Below, piece after piece: positions 17,106 through 25,787 of a stretch of DNA of 29,855 nt. The DNA comes from a virus. Taxonomy: Duplodnaviria; Caudoviricetes. The notes below the pieces were generated by a model, which did not search any database, was not told the origin of the DNA, and saw nothing but the letters and a program-made list of their open reading frames with translations. The position numbers and the translations under genes were made by a program. The stretch lies in IMG/VR virus record IMGVR_UViG_3300016467_000162, positions 1-29,855 of that record, one strand, 5' to 3'. Position 1 is the first letter of the stretch. Each line of letters starts with the position of its first letter.

Positions 17106-17113
17106 CAAATATA
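17106..17113 (-). promoter_or_regulatory. -7 promoter element TATATTTG
   Basis: Matches TAnnTTTG; predicted start coincides with the first base of hairpin 1. Confidence 0.75.
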
Positions 17114-17119
17114 CTAAAA

Positions 17120-17782
17120 TTAATCAATTATTTCTTCAATATCTTCTTGTTCAGGAATCCAAGCCATTGAAAATTCTTTATTTGCAAACATTTCGGTTAA
17201 TCCGCTTATTTGTGTTAATCTTAAAACTTCATCTCTATCCATACCTAATTCTTTAGATATTTTTTCATCACTCCAATTTCTTCTTTTTAAATCAACTACA
17301 ATATCTGACATAGATTCTACTTTGTGTTTCCCTCTTGCTCTATTATGCCTAATAGTAGATGCAACTCTATCATTTTGACCTTTTTGAGATTCCCTAATTG
17401 TAACTACTGGTAAATACCCGTGAACCCTACTTTGTATATCTTCACATTCTTTACCAACTCTATTTCTATGGAATCCATCAATAACTTCTCTTGTGCCATT
17501 ATTATTATCCATTGAAACAATAGGTTGAGTATATCCATCGTTTGCTATTGATAATCTTAATAATTCCATTTCAGGTGGTGCTACTGAATTTGGATTATAA
17601 TCATTTGCAATTACAGTATTATTTTTAACCCATATAACACAATCTACTGGTTCTGTATTAAATGGAGATATTTCGTGCAACATTAATTTAATTTCATTAA
17701 TCAAATCAACTTTTTCGTCAATTGTTAAATCAACAATTTTATTAATAATTTCTTTTTGGTGGTTAATTAATATATTTTTCAT
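17120..17782 (-). CDS. ParB/Srx-fold protein (IbrB/YbdM-like)
   Basis: ANDYNPNSVAPPEMELL, DGYTQPIV, IDGFHR, STIRHNRARGKH, C-terminal HTH. Confidence 0.9.
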   Translation of the reverse strand: MKNILINHQKEIINKIVDLTIDEKVDLINEIKLMLHEISPFNTEPVDCVIWVKNNTVIANDYNPNSVAPPEMELLRLSIANDGYTQPIVSMDNNNGTREVIDGFHRNRVGKECEDIQSRVHGYLPVVTIRESQKGQNDRVASTIRHNRARGKHKVESMSDIVVDLKRRNWSDEKISKELGMDRDEVLRLTQISGLTEMFANKEFSMAWIPEQEDIEEIID

Positions 17783-17785
17783 AGT

Positions 17786-19003
17786 TTAATTTTCTAAAAA
17801 TTTATTTTCGGTTCTTTGTTTTTTCTTTAATTCTAAATACTTTTTATAAGCATCTGTTTTATGCTGAGTAAATCCTAATCCTTTACACCAAAAATCATTT
17901 CTTAATAAAGACTTACATATTCTTCTCCAACTTGGTGCTAATTTTTCAGATTCTAAAATATAAGGGGCTTCATCAGGTATTCCTTTTGAATATCCTCTTT
18001 CTTCCCACCATTTTATAAAAGTATAAATTTTGTTTAGATAATGTTCTTTTGTTATATCAGGTATAGAATTTAAAAATAGCATTGCAAATGATTCCCAAGT
18101 ATGGTTTTTAGGTTTTGTTATTTTATTATATCCTGTTATAGAACCACTTTCATTAATATACAATGCGCCTGAATTTGCTCCATTTACTCTTGCAACAACT
18201 TTTGCCCAAGTTTCAGGTTCTATTAAATGGAATAACCATAATCCTCTTCTTTGGTCATCTCCATATGGTTGACAAATTCTTTGTTGATGTATAGATACGC
18301 CAGCTTTAAACATTAATTCATAAAGTTGATTAAATCTTTTATTTTCATTTTTTGAATGGTAAATCCAAATATCTTCAGTAGTCCAATCATAAATTGGATA
18401 AACATTAAATACACTATTTGTAACTTTTGTAGTATAAACTTTTTTATCTAAAGTTATTTTAGTTTTTGAACTTATTGTTCTATATCTATTTAATGATTCA
18501 TCAGAACGAATACCTACTAAACAAGCAGTTAATTTACCTTCAGAATACCATTCCCCAAATTCAGGCACAAATTCTTCAAATTCCATACCATCTCTAAAAA
18601 ATGGAAAATAATTTAAATCAGTTATTGCTTTACTTGGTTGTTCTCTTATCCAATTTTCTTTTTGTTCAATATCCCAGCATTTCCAAAATGGTTCATAAAC
18701 TGAAACAGCATTTCTTAAATGAATAGGTAAACAAACCCAGTACAAATCAATATAATCTTTATATTCTTCTATACAATGTTCAATATGTTCTATTGTAAAT
18801 TTATATTGTCCTTCTAAATCTACTATAAGTAACCCTATTTTTTTATTTCTTTTTTTTACTTCATCCATTACTAAATGAAGCATTACGGTAGAATCTTTAC
18901 CAGCACTAAAAGATAAATAAGTTTTTTCAAATCTATCTAAAGTCCATTTGATACGTTCTATTGAAGCATCAAATACATTCTTATCTAATCTTATTTTAGG
19001 CAT
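17786..19003 (-). CDS. PAPS-reductase-like protein with DUF3440 (IbrA/YbdN-like)
   Basis: PP-loop SFSAGKDS, GIRSDESLNR, YPIYDW, QRICQPYGDDQ, PSWRRICK. Confidence 0.9.
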   Translation of the reverse strand: MPKIRLDKNVFDASIERIKWTLDRFEKTYLSFSAGKDSTVMLHLVMDEVKKRNKKIGLLIVDLEGQYKFTIEHIEHCIEEYKDYIDLYWVCLPIHLRNAVSVYEPFWKCWDIEQKENWIREQPSKAITDLNYFPFFRDGMEFEEFVPEFGEWYSEGKLTACLVGIRSDESLNRYRTISSKTKITLDKKVYTTKVTNSVFNVYPIYDWTTEDIWIYHSKNENKRFNQLYELMFKAGVSIHQQRICQPYGDDQRRGLWLFHLIEPETWAKVVARVNGANSGALYINESGSITGYNKITKPKNHTWESFAMLFLNSIPDITKEHYLNKIYTFIKWWEERGYSKGIPDEAPYILESEKLAPSWRRICKSLLRNDFWCKGLGFTQHKTDAYKKYLELKKKQRTENKFLEN

Positions 19004-19370
19004 TTTGTTCGTGTTTTTGTTTCCAAATATTTAAAATATCATTAGCAATTTTATTGCTTCTATCTTGAACATTTTTTTCAAGTTTATTCCAAATTTCCAT
19101 AGTTACTTTATTTGGTATATTTGAATATAAACAACACGCACCTTGACCGATATAAGCAATTTTATTTAAAGATTCATTTGTTAAATTATGTTCACAGGAA
19201 TATTTCCATTCATTAATAACCCTTAACATATTTTCTGTTGTTTTAATTTCACAATTAAACATTTCAATACCTTTAAGAATTAATAATTCTTTGTTTTCTC
19301 CTGAACAATTTTCATAAAATCCAGCTTTGTAGTCTTCCCAAAGCCAATAAGGGTGATAAATTCGTTTCAT
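18996..19370 (-). CDS. Hypothetical protein, first gene of the PAPS-reductase/ParB cassette
   Basis: Overlaps the next gene; aromatic motif HPYWLWEDYKAGFY and WKYSCEHNLTN. Confidence 0.7.
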   Translation of the reverse strand: MKRIYHPYWLWEDYKAGFYENCSGENKELLILKGIEMFNCEIKTTENMLRVINEWKYSCEHNLTNESLNKIAYIGQGACCLYSNIPNKVTMEIWNKLEKNVQDRSNKIANDILNIWKQKHEQNA

Positions 19371-19400
19371 AGTTTGTTTTGGTTTAGTTTGCTAAGATAT

Positions 19401-19691
19401 TTATAATCTTCTATATTCAAAGTATTTTTCTAATCTTTTTGATAGGGCATATTTACTAACTCCATACTTTTCAGCGTAGTGTTGCATACTTAACCCATTA
19501 TCAAGAAAGTCTTGTAAAAATATAGGGAATACTTTATCAGCAGTAATACTTGCCTTTTTAATATGGTTATGCTTAGTTTTAACCCCTCTAATTTTAAATA
19601 CTTCTCTAATCTTTTTTTCGGAAATATTATACTTCTTACTTAAATCGCTTATTGTTATGTTATTCTTTCTGTAATCTTCTAAAAAATCCAT
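19401..19691 (-). CDS. Putative DNA-binding protein with two HTH-like repeats
   Basis: ITISDLSKKYNISEKKI and LSMQHYAEKYGVSKYAL. Confidence 0.6.
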   Translation of the reverse strand: MDFLEDYRKNNITISDLSKKYNISEKKIREVFKIRGVKTKHNHIKKASITADKVFPIFLQDFLDNGLSMQHYAEKYGVSKYALSKRLEKYFEYRRL

Positions 19692-20058
19692 CTGTCTCTT
19701 TTAACTTTTTAATGTACAATAATGTTTGTTCTGAAATAACTTTAATTGAATCTATCCTTTCTTCTAAAGAATCGTGATAAATATGCAGTTCTTCAATACT
19801 ATCTGTTAATTTATAGCCTTTAGATGTTGCTATTATATTTGGAGCAGTTGTTCTTCTAAGATAATTAATGATTGCCCTAATTCTTGCACCATTTAATTTT
19901 GGATAAATTCCGTTTGCATCAGACCAGTATACAAGCGATATTAAATCTTGGCTTTTATAAAATAAAGGATTTTTCCTTAAAAAGTTTTCAATAACCTTTG
20001 CGCATTTTTTTTCGTGTTCGGTTATTTTGTAGGTGTATTCTTCAAAATTGGTTATCAT
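19660..20058 (-). CDS. Hypothetical protein, possibly winged-helix
   Basis: RIRAIINYLR...IIATSKGY pattern. Confidence 0.55.
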   Translation of the reverse strand: MITNFEEYTYKITEHEKKCAKVIENFLRKNPLFYKSQDLISLVYWSDANGIYPKLNGARIRAIINYLRRTTAPNIIATSKGYKLTDSIEELHIYHDSLEERIDSIKVISEQTLLYIKKLKETDGFFRRLQKE

Positions 20059-20214
20059 ATAGTTTGGCTTTAAAGTTTTAAAATACCTACGCTACTCATA
20101 GGCACTTGGGTGCTACCCTGTTTAAATTGTTAAACTTTTCCCAAAATCTTTTTTCCAGGACACCTCTTATCTTTACCGCAAAAAGAACGCTTGTAGCAGC
20201 AGTAATATCGTTAA

Positions 20215-20478
20215 TTAAAAGGGTAAACTTGAATCCGTTTGTGTAGTAGTTTCTTCTACCTTGCCTTGTCCCCATAATACTTTACCATTTCCTAAATAAG
20301 TCTTAGGTGCTTTTGCATCTCTTTCTTCTTTAGACTGGCTTAATGTGATTGAAACATTGTTACCGAACTTATCGTTCTTGTCATCCACTATGATAGATAC
20401 ATTTAAGTATTTACCTTTTACTAATTTTTCTCTGTCGATTCTTGTTACATCAATAGATGCGCTGATAATTGAACTCAT
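20215..20478 (-). CDS. Putative single-stranded DNA-binding protein
   Basis: Small beta-rich protein ending DSSLPF, next to ERF and exonuclease. Confidence 0.6.
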   Translation of the reverse strand: MSSIISASIDVTRIDREKLVKGKYLNVSIIVDDKNDKFGNNVSITLSQSKEERDAKAPKTYLGNGKVLWGQGKVEETTTQTDSSLPF

Positions 20479-20489
20479 TTTTTTTATTT

Positions 20490-21119
20490 TTAAAGGTTTA
20501 TAATTCTTGTTCCTATTCTTGCTTGTATTTCTTGGTCGTAATTTTGAAGCCAGGCTCTACATTGTTCAACTTTATTGATGATTTCTTGCTCAATAGATTC
20601 ATCTCGTTTAAACTCGTAGCTTACCCAGCGTTCAAAATCCTCTAAATGTGAGTAGCTTATTTTTGTTCCATAATTAGCAGCAGCAGGGGTGTCTCCTAAA
20701 TAATAGAATAGTGTAGCAAATGGTTTATTGCATAACATCATATAGCCTCTCAACTGCCATTCGTAGTCGGTGTTTAACTCTAATGCTGAATCCAATAAGG
20801 TCTTTCTATTCCAAGCACATTTCGTATCTATAATAGAGTTCTCAAGGATAACATCAGGAGTTCCTACTAACCATTCGTTTGTGTAAATATCTTCATTTTT
20901 ATAGGCTTTGATACCTCCGTATAAAACTTTAGATGCAAACTCAATCGCTTCATCTTCCAATAAAATACCTTTGGTTAAATATTTTGAAATTAATTCTTCT
21001 TTATCTCCAGAATACCATTCTTTGAGATAAGTTATACAAGTTTGCGATAGTTCGCCTGGCTTTTTAGACTTGCTCATTATTTTCCCTAACGAGGATGGTC
21101 TTGCTTTAAAGTATTTCAT
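20490..21119 (-). CDS. Lambda-exonuclease/YqaJ-like exonuclease
   Basis: KGILLEDEAI, GTPD, IIDTKC, YEWQLRGYM. Confidence 0.85.
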   Translation of the reverse strand: MKYFKARPSSLGKIMSKSKKPGELSQTCITYLKEWYSGDKEELISKYLTKGILLEDEAIEFASKVLYGGIKAYKNEDIYTNEWLVGTPDVILENSIIDTKCAWNRKTLLDSALELNTDYEWQLRGYMMLCNKPFATLFYYLGDTPAAANYGTKISYSHLEDFERWVSYEFKRDESIEQEIINKVEQCRAWLQNYDQEIQARIGTRIINL

Positions 21120-21669
21120 TTGGGTTCGTGGTTAAAAGTCTTAAAGTATTTTCATCCATTGTATATCTCTCTTGGATAGCTTTTAGATTCTTGTTGTCTT
21201 TTAGGTAACCTGCTCTGCACTTGTCAAATAATTCTGTACCTACTTTCAAAATTGGCTTAGCCATTCTATCAGCTACTGCTTGTGCAGCATCGTGAACATT
21301 CGTAGCATCCGCATCCTTAGTGTCATCAATAAGGAATAAACCATTAAGAGCATATTTCCGAGCATAACTGGAACTCGCACCGAACGACTGCGCAATATCC
21401 ATACCTTTTCTGTTAGGGTCAATCCCAGCAGAAGCCGATGAATTAAATTCTTTACCATCTTTGTCTATAAATTGAATGTAAGTTTCGCAGAAGATAATAC
21501 CAGCTTTTTCTTGAATGTTATCCGATATTGTCATCGTGCATTCGTACTTTAAAAGTAATGGTTTTACTGCTTCTAATATATCTTCCGTAGAACGATACTT
21601 GTACTTTCCAAAGGAATTGTACTGATTTTTTGGTGCTTTTAGCTCCGATTGGATTTTTAATAATGACAT
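21106..21669 (-). CDS. erf: ERF-family single-strand annealing protein
   Basis: YKYRSTEDILEAVKPLL and GASSSYARKYAL. Confidence 0.9.
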   Translation of the reverse strand: MSLLKIQSELKAPKNQYNSFGKYKYRSTEDILEAVKPLLLKYECTMTISDNIQEKAGIIFCETYIQFIDKDGKEFNSSASAGIDPNRKGMDIAQSFGASSSYARKYALNGLFLIDDTKDADATNVHDAAQAVADRMAKPILKVGTELFDKCRAGYLKDNKNLKAIQERYTMDENTLRLLTTNPNEIL

Positions 21670-21701
21670 AATTTTCTTGTTTTGGTTTTTAAAGATACTA
21701 T

Positions 21702-21938
21702 TTATTTGATTAAATTCAAGTAATTATTTTTAATTATTTGTTTAGCAATATGGTGTTCATATTCTGTTGTAACTCTTTGAATTTCAGATTCTTTTAAACG
21801 ATTAATAAGATACATTGCCTGGACTGATTTGCAATAATTACCATCTTGTAATGTTTGCTTATAAAGTCTAACTAACTTCTCCAACTTACTTTCCTTCGGT
21901 GGATTTGCTATAAATTTATGTACTGTTATAATACTCAT
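21702..21938 (-). CDS. Hypothetical protein
   Basis: TAATG-coupled ORF in the early cluster. Confidence 0.55.
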   Translation of the reverse strand: MSIITVHKFIANPPKESKLEKLVRLYKQTLQDGNYCKSVQAMYLINRLKESEIQRVTTEYEHHIAKQIIKNNYLNLIK

Positions 21939-22294
21939 TATCGTGGCTTACAAATATTGTACAAAGCGTTAGCGAAATTAGATTGACAAGCCAATACAGG
22001 TTGCGTTAAAATTGAAAGGATTAACTCCTCGTAATTTTCTTCTATAAAGTCATCGACATCCTGAGTAAAGTAAATAGGATTTTCAGCTTGTTCGATTGAT
22101 GCTGGTGCTAATTCTATTTTAACTTCGCCTCTTGAAATATCATAGTTATCCACTACCCACTTCTTTAAATCTAAATGGCTAAATCTATGGTTATAGATAA
22201 TGAATCCATCTGTGTACTCGGTGTAATACTTGTTAATACCATCTACTTCGACAATATTAATTTCTTCAATGATTGGTTTTAATAGCTTTTTCAT
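21938..22294 (-). CDS. Hypothetical protein
   Basis: ATGA-coupled ORF in the early cluster. Confidence 0.6.
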   Translation of the reverse strand: MKKLLKPIIEEINIVEVDGINKYYTEYTDGFIIYNHRFSHLDLKKWVVDNYDISRGEVKIELAPASIEQAENPIYFTQDVDDFIEENYEELILSILTQPVLACQSNFANALYNICKPR

Positions 22295-22476
22295 TTGGTT
22301 CTTGTGATTAATAAAATGTGATTAATTCGACCTTTGCAAGTATAAGCCTTGCCGTTGTATTTTTTGTAATAATTGAGTAAAGACCTGATTCGGTTGCCTT
22401 CTCGCTCATCTACTTCCATAGTCTCCCCTATGTTTAGTGATTTGATTTGTTTAGCTTGTTCTTTGCGGTATATCAT
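22291..22476 (-). CDS. Small basic protein, possibly DNA-binding
   Basis: LNIGETMEV...RIRSLLNYYKK...ITRTK. Confidence 0.55.
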   Translation of the reverse strand: MIYRKEQAKQIKSLNIGETMEVDEREGNRIRSLLNYYKKYNGKAYTCKGRINHILLITRTK

Positions 22477-22633
22477 TTAATAACTCTAATGCTCTTTTAA
22501 ATACTTGGATTCTTGTGTGTAGCTGCCTTAATTGATAAGGGTCTTTTTCTACTCTTGGTAACTGGTTAGTTAGCTTGTTGATTGCATCTTTTAAGCCTTG
22601 CTCAAATGATTGCTCTTTTGGATAGTTAAACAT
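22451..22633 (-). CDS. Hypothetical protein, first gene of the early cluster
   Basis: Preceded by an AACCAAAACAAAAC leader and a promoter-like sequence. Confidence 0.6.
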   Translation of the reverse strand: MFNYPKEQSFEQGLKDAINKLTNQLPRVEKDPYQLRQLHTRIQVFKRALELLNDIPQRTS

Positions 22634-22653
22634 ATCGTTTTGTTTTGGTTCAA

Positions 22654-22684
22654 CAAATATCTTAATTAAGTTTTATATTCCAAA
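22654..22684 (-). promoter_or_regulatory. Candidate early promoter TTTG-N19-GATATTTG containing palindrome CTTAATTAAG
   Basis: -33/-7 spacing of 19 nt; one mismatch to TAnnTTTG. Confidence 0.5.
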
Positions 22685-22744
22685 TAATATTTTACAAAAA
22701 GCTATAAATAAATCATAACTCGCTGATAATCAAAGAGAATAATT

Positions 22745-23176
22745 TTAAAGTTTTTTTAGGATTAAGTAAATAGCAAGGATTGCACCCAACAATAGCAGGA
22801 TTTCATTCTTACAAGGGTAAGTCTCCTTAATAGTAGCCGTTTTTTCTACCTTTATAGCTTTATTTTCTACCTTATCGATTTTAAGGCTTTTTAAGGCTTT
22901 ATCTTCTTTGATGTGCCTCTTTACCTTAATAGACTTTAGTTTTAGCTTGTAATCGCCTCTAATGGCTTGAGAAGGACTAATAAGTGGTGTTCCTACTGTA
23001 TCAAACTCGTAAATGACTTCTTCGGTTGTTTCTACCTTGCCTGAATCGGTTAATACCTCAACTTGCTCAATCTTATTTACCACAGAATCAACTTTAGTTA
23101 CTTCTACCAGTTTTTTAGATTTACAAGAAGATAGTAAAATTACTACCGATAAGAATATTAGCCTTTTGGTGTCCAT
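22745..23176 (-). CDS. Lipoprotein with C-terminal transmembrane helix (unimolecular spanin-like)
   Basis: Signal peptide with lipobox LSSC; C-terminal ILLLLGAILAIYLILKKL. Confidence 0.65.
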   Translation of the reverse strand: MDTKRLIFLSVVILLSSCKSKKLVEVTKVDSVVNKIEQVEVLTDSGKVETTEEVIYEFDTVGTPLISPSQAIRGDYKLKLKSIKVKRHIKEDKALKSLKIDKVENKAIKVEKTATIKETYPCKNEILLLLGAILAIYLILKKL

Positions 23177-23364
23177 AGTTTAATTAGTTTCTTTTGTCTT
23201 TCTAACCTGCAATCAGCCTTGCACATTGAGCAATAAACCTTAGTACCTGATGAGATGTATTCCTTAGCGCAACACTCTGAAATAGTCAAAGGGTTTACCT
23301 GCTCTATTTCTATTGTAGCTTCTTCGCTTAAGGATTCTTTTATTTCTTTTGATTTCTTTGCCAT
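23158..23364 (-). CDS. Small Cys-rich (zinc-ribbon-like) protein
   Basis: SECC...YCSMCKADC. Confidence 0.55.
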   Translation of the reverse strand: MAKKSKEIKESLSEEATIEIEQVNPLTISECCAKEYISSGTKVYCSMCKADCRLERQKKLIKLWTPKG

Positions 23365-23392
23365 AATTTAAACTAACATTAAGTTCCTTTCG

Positions 23393-23400
23393 CAAATTTA
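23393..23400 (-). promoter_or_regulatory. -7 promoter element TAAATTTG
   Basis: Matches TAnnTTTG; intergenic. Confidence 0.6.
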
Positions 23401-23420
23401 ACCAAAAAAGCGTAATATTC

Positions 23421-23750
23421 CTACTTACTGGTTTCATATTGTATCTCTCTTTCTAAGCATTCGATAGCTTTTTTTAAGTCTTGAACCAAAGCATCCTTTT
23501 TCCCTGCTCGTAAAATATACTTAATTGCGTTTCCTTTCATAAAGGATAAATTATAAGCGTTTGCTATATCAATAACATCCACAGGCACTCCTTTGATTTC
23601 AACTTTGTAGTATTTAGGCTTGGTAACAATATCAGCTATTTGACCTCCAGTTAATTCAACTGGCTTTAATTGATACTTAATACTGCAATTACTACACAGT
23701 TCTGAACACTCGCAATTTTCTAAGTGGTTAACTTCTCCGATTGTTTTCAT
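23421..23750 (-). CDS. DUF3310 (SaV-like) protein
   Basis: PKYY...DVIDI...FMKGNAIKYILRAGKKD...DLKKA. Confidence 0.8.
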   Translation of the reverse strand: MKTIGEVNHLENCECSELCSNCSIKYQLKPVELTGGQIADIVTKPKYYKVEIKGVPVDVIDIANAYNLSFMKGNAIKYILRAGKKDALVQDLKKAIECLEREIQYETSK

Positions 23751-23841
23751 TTTTGGTTTCTTTTATAAGTTCTTTTTTTAATCTTTCTATCTCTTGGTAA
23801 AGTTCGTTAATCTTCGCTATCAATTTCTCCCTCGTTGTCAT
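23728..23841 (-). CDS. Possible 37-aa coiled-coil peptide (not in ORF track)
   Basis: MTTREKLIAKINELYQEIERLKKELIKETKNENNRRS bridges the gap between neighbours. Confidence 0.45.
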   Translation of the reverse strand: MTTREKLIAKINELYQEIERLKKELIKETKNENNRRS

Positions 23842-24025
23842 AATCTAAAAAGTCTAATCGTGTGTTTATCATTTTAATTAACCTCGCCTGTGTTAAGGTC
23901 TTGTATGAAGGGAATAAAAGTAGTGATTTCTCCTCTAATTCAAAAAGAAAATAGACAAAAAACTTCAACTCCTCTAAAATCTCGCCATCAGTTACATCAA
24001 AAACTTCTTCTTCTTTATTCTCCAT
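23807..24025 (-). CDS. Acidic hypothetical protein
   Basis: Likely start MENKEEE at 24025, overlapping the upstream gene end. Confidence 0.55.
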   Translation of the reverse strand: MENKEEEVFDVTDGEILEELKFFVYFLFELEEKSLLLFPSYKTLTQARLIKMINTRLDFLDYDNEGEIDSED

Positions 24026-24860
24026 ATAAAACTCCGTTATAAACACATTTATAATCAATTATTGCGTGTGGTTGAGCAAAGAACAAAACCTTATCGCCAT
24101 CTATTTTAAAAGTAACCTCTAAAAATCCTTGACACCAATCTGCTATCTTTCCTGTTGGTAGATACTCGACTGCTTCCATTAACCTCGTACATCCAACCTC
24201 AAACCAAGCGTTTATATTGTGCCTATTGCGAATGTATCGCATACCTAATCTGTGTGTATGACCTGTACATCCTGAACCCCAGTATTCGATTATATTTTTC
24301 TCACTTGCGTTCTTAGTTAAACTTAATCCGTGAGTAATATCAAAAATATCAAAGTAAGTAAATACATCCGTTGGGTCGTAAATCATATCATTCTCAGCAA
24401 GGTGTAACATCTCCTCAAACTTTGTAGATTCAAAATGCTTATAAAGAATAGCTAATCTTGCAAGTTGACCTTTAGATAATAAAAATGGTTTTGTTACTCG
24501 CTCGTCGTGGTTTCCTGTACGAATACGAATCTTAGCATCCGTTGAAAGTCTTAATGGTTTTAATATTTGCTCCTCTGTATATCTAAATTCCTCAACTTCG
24601 TTATAATCTTTAAGGATTCCCTCCATATAAAGTTTATTCGTATGCTTAGATACAAAAGGTAAATCTACTATATCTCCGTTGATACAGACTTCGTCAAATT
24701 TATTATGTTGTAGAATGTTATTGATAACTCTCAAGCATTTCAAATCTGCTAACCAACCGTGAGGGTCAGAGAATACAAATAACTTATAAGTCTTTTTATC
24801 CGTAAGTTTTTTAAGCTGGTATTGATTATACTCAGTCTCGGTTAGTCTTGGTCTGTACAT
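24015..24860 (-). CDS. Calcineurin-like metallophosphoesterase
   Basis: SDPH, GDIVD, GNHD, THG and GHTH motifs. Confidence 0.9.
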   Translation of the reverse strand: MYRPRLTETEYNQYQLKKLTDKKTYKLFVFSDPHGWLADLKCLRVINNILQHNKFDEVCINGDIVDLPFVSKHTNKLYMEGILKDYNEVEEFRYTEEQILKPLRLSTDAKIRIRTGNHDERVTKPFLLSKGQLARLAILYKHFESTKFEEMLHLAENDMIYDPTDVFTYFDIFDITHGLSLTKNASEKNIIEYWGSGCTGHTHRLGMRYIRNRHNINAWFEVGCTRLMEAVEYLPTGKIADWCQGFLEVTFKIDGDKVLFFAQPHAIIDYKCVYNGVLYGE

Positions 24861-24902
24861 AGTTTTTTTTGTCGAAATTACTAATTATTTTAGTAAATGC
24901 AA

Positions 24903-25094
24903 TTATCTTTTATTCAAAGGTTTACGATTAATAGTTGTCATATACCCTCCCAAAGCAATTAAAGCCGAAAGTAATAGCTTAAAGCCTGTATTTAAAGACC
25001 AAATAAAGTTATCCCAGTCAATTGTAACCCAAGCATTCGCAATAGCTACAATCGCTCCAAATATCGTTGAAAGTCTATTATTTAATTTTCGCAT
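24903..25094 (-). CDS. Probable holin (two TM segments)
   Basis: Two hydrophobic helices and basic termini, next to the endolysin. Confidence 0.6.
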   Translation of the reverse strand: MRKLNNRLSTIFGAIVAIANAWVTIDWDNFIWSLNTGFKLLLSALIALGGYMTTINRKPLNKR

Positions 25095-25530
25095 ACAAGT
25101 TGAACTCTTTTAATCTTCTTCTCATTAAGCCTTTACTTACTACTCCGCTTACTTTAATCCACATTAAAAAGCCTATTCTTATTTTCTCAATTGTTTGTCC
25201 GCCGTTAATAAACTTAACCAAAGAAGACTTTGCAAACGCTCCGCAACCTATATTATAACAAAGGCAGAATAAAGCATCAAATTCGTTCTGTTTAAGCGGT
25301 CTAATGACATATTTTTTAATGCAGTTAGTATATTGTGCCGAAGTGTCTAAGAATAGCTTATAAGCCTCCTCTTTAGTTAATTTATCGCCTTTCTTTACAG
25401 GTTGTCCGTTAGCGTATTTAGTTGAGCCTATTCCGATAGTCCAAACTCCTGCTGGACATAAGTAAGCGTCTAATTTTAAACCCTCAAATTCGACTAATAA
25501 TTTTAATCCTTCTTCGCTTATTTGTGCCAT
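25078..25530 (-). CDS. Endolysin, GH24 lysozyme
   Basis: FEGLKLDAYLCPAGVWTIGIGST, FDAL..YNIG, GLMRRR..E. Confidence 0.93.
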   Translation of the reverse strand: MAQISEEGLKLLVEFEGLKLDAYLCPAGVWTIGIGSTKYANGQPVKKGDKLTKEEAYKLFLDTSAQYTNCIKKYVIRPLKQNEFDALFCLCYNIGCGAFAKSSLVKFINGGQTIEKIRIGFLMWIKVSGVVSKGLMRRRLKEFNLYAKIK

Positions 25531-25787
25531 AAAAATTCCTTAACAAAATTAACGCCTGTAATAGTTAAAATAAAAGCACCAATTCGTATAGCCCAGTTAA
25601 TGCCAGTATTATAATCTCTGACTTCTTGAACTTTAGTTTCGGTTTCTTCTAATGCTTCTTCAATTGTTTCTAATCGCTGAAGGATTCCGTTTCTATTTAA
25701 TTTAGAGCCTGTAATAGCTTGGCTAATCATTTCCACATTTATCGACAAAGCCTTTAGCTGGTCGTTAATCTCTTTAAGTTCGCTCAT
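25518..25787 (-). CDS. Coiled-coil protein with a C-terminal TM helix (holin/antiholin-like)
   Basis: Located upstream of the endolysin; single hydrophobic C-terminal segment. Confidence 0.5.
   Translation of the reverse strand: MSELKEINDQLKALSINVEMISQAITGSKLNRNGILQRLETIEEALEETETKVQEVRDYNTGINWAIRIGAFILTITGVNFVKEFLWHK

Noticed and set aside
21273-21458. 61-aa ORF nested in erf
   Set aside because: Out-of-frame nested ORF with no supporting signals
293-25258. All plus-strand ORFs in the track (293, 5576, 7531, 8646, 12079, 14197, 15550, 25067)
   Set aside because: Short antisense shadows of well-supported minus-strand genes, with no motifs
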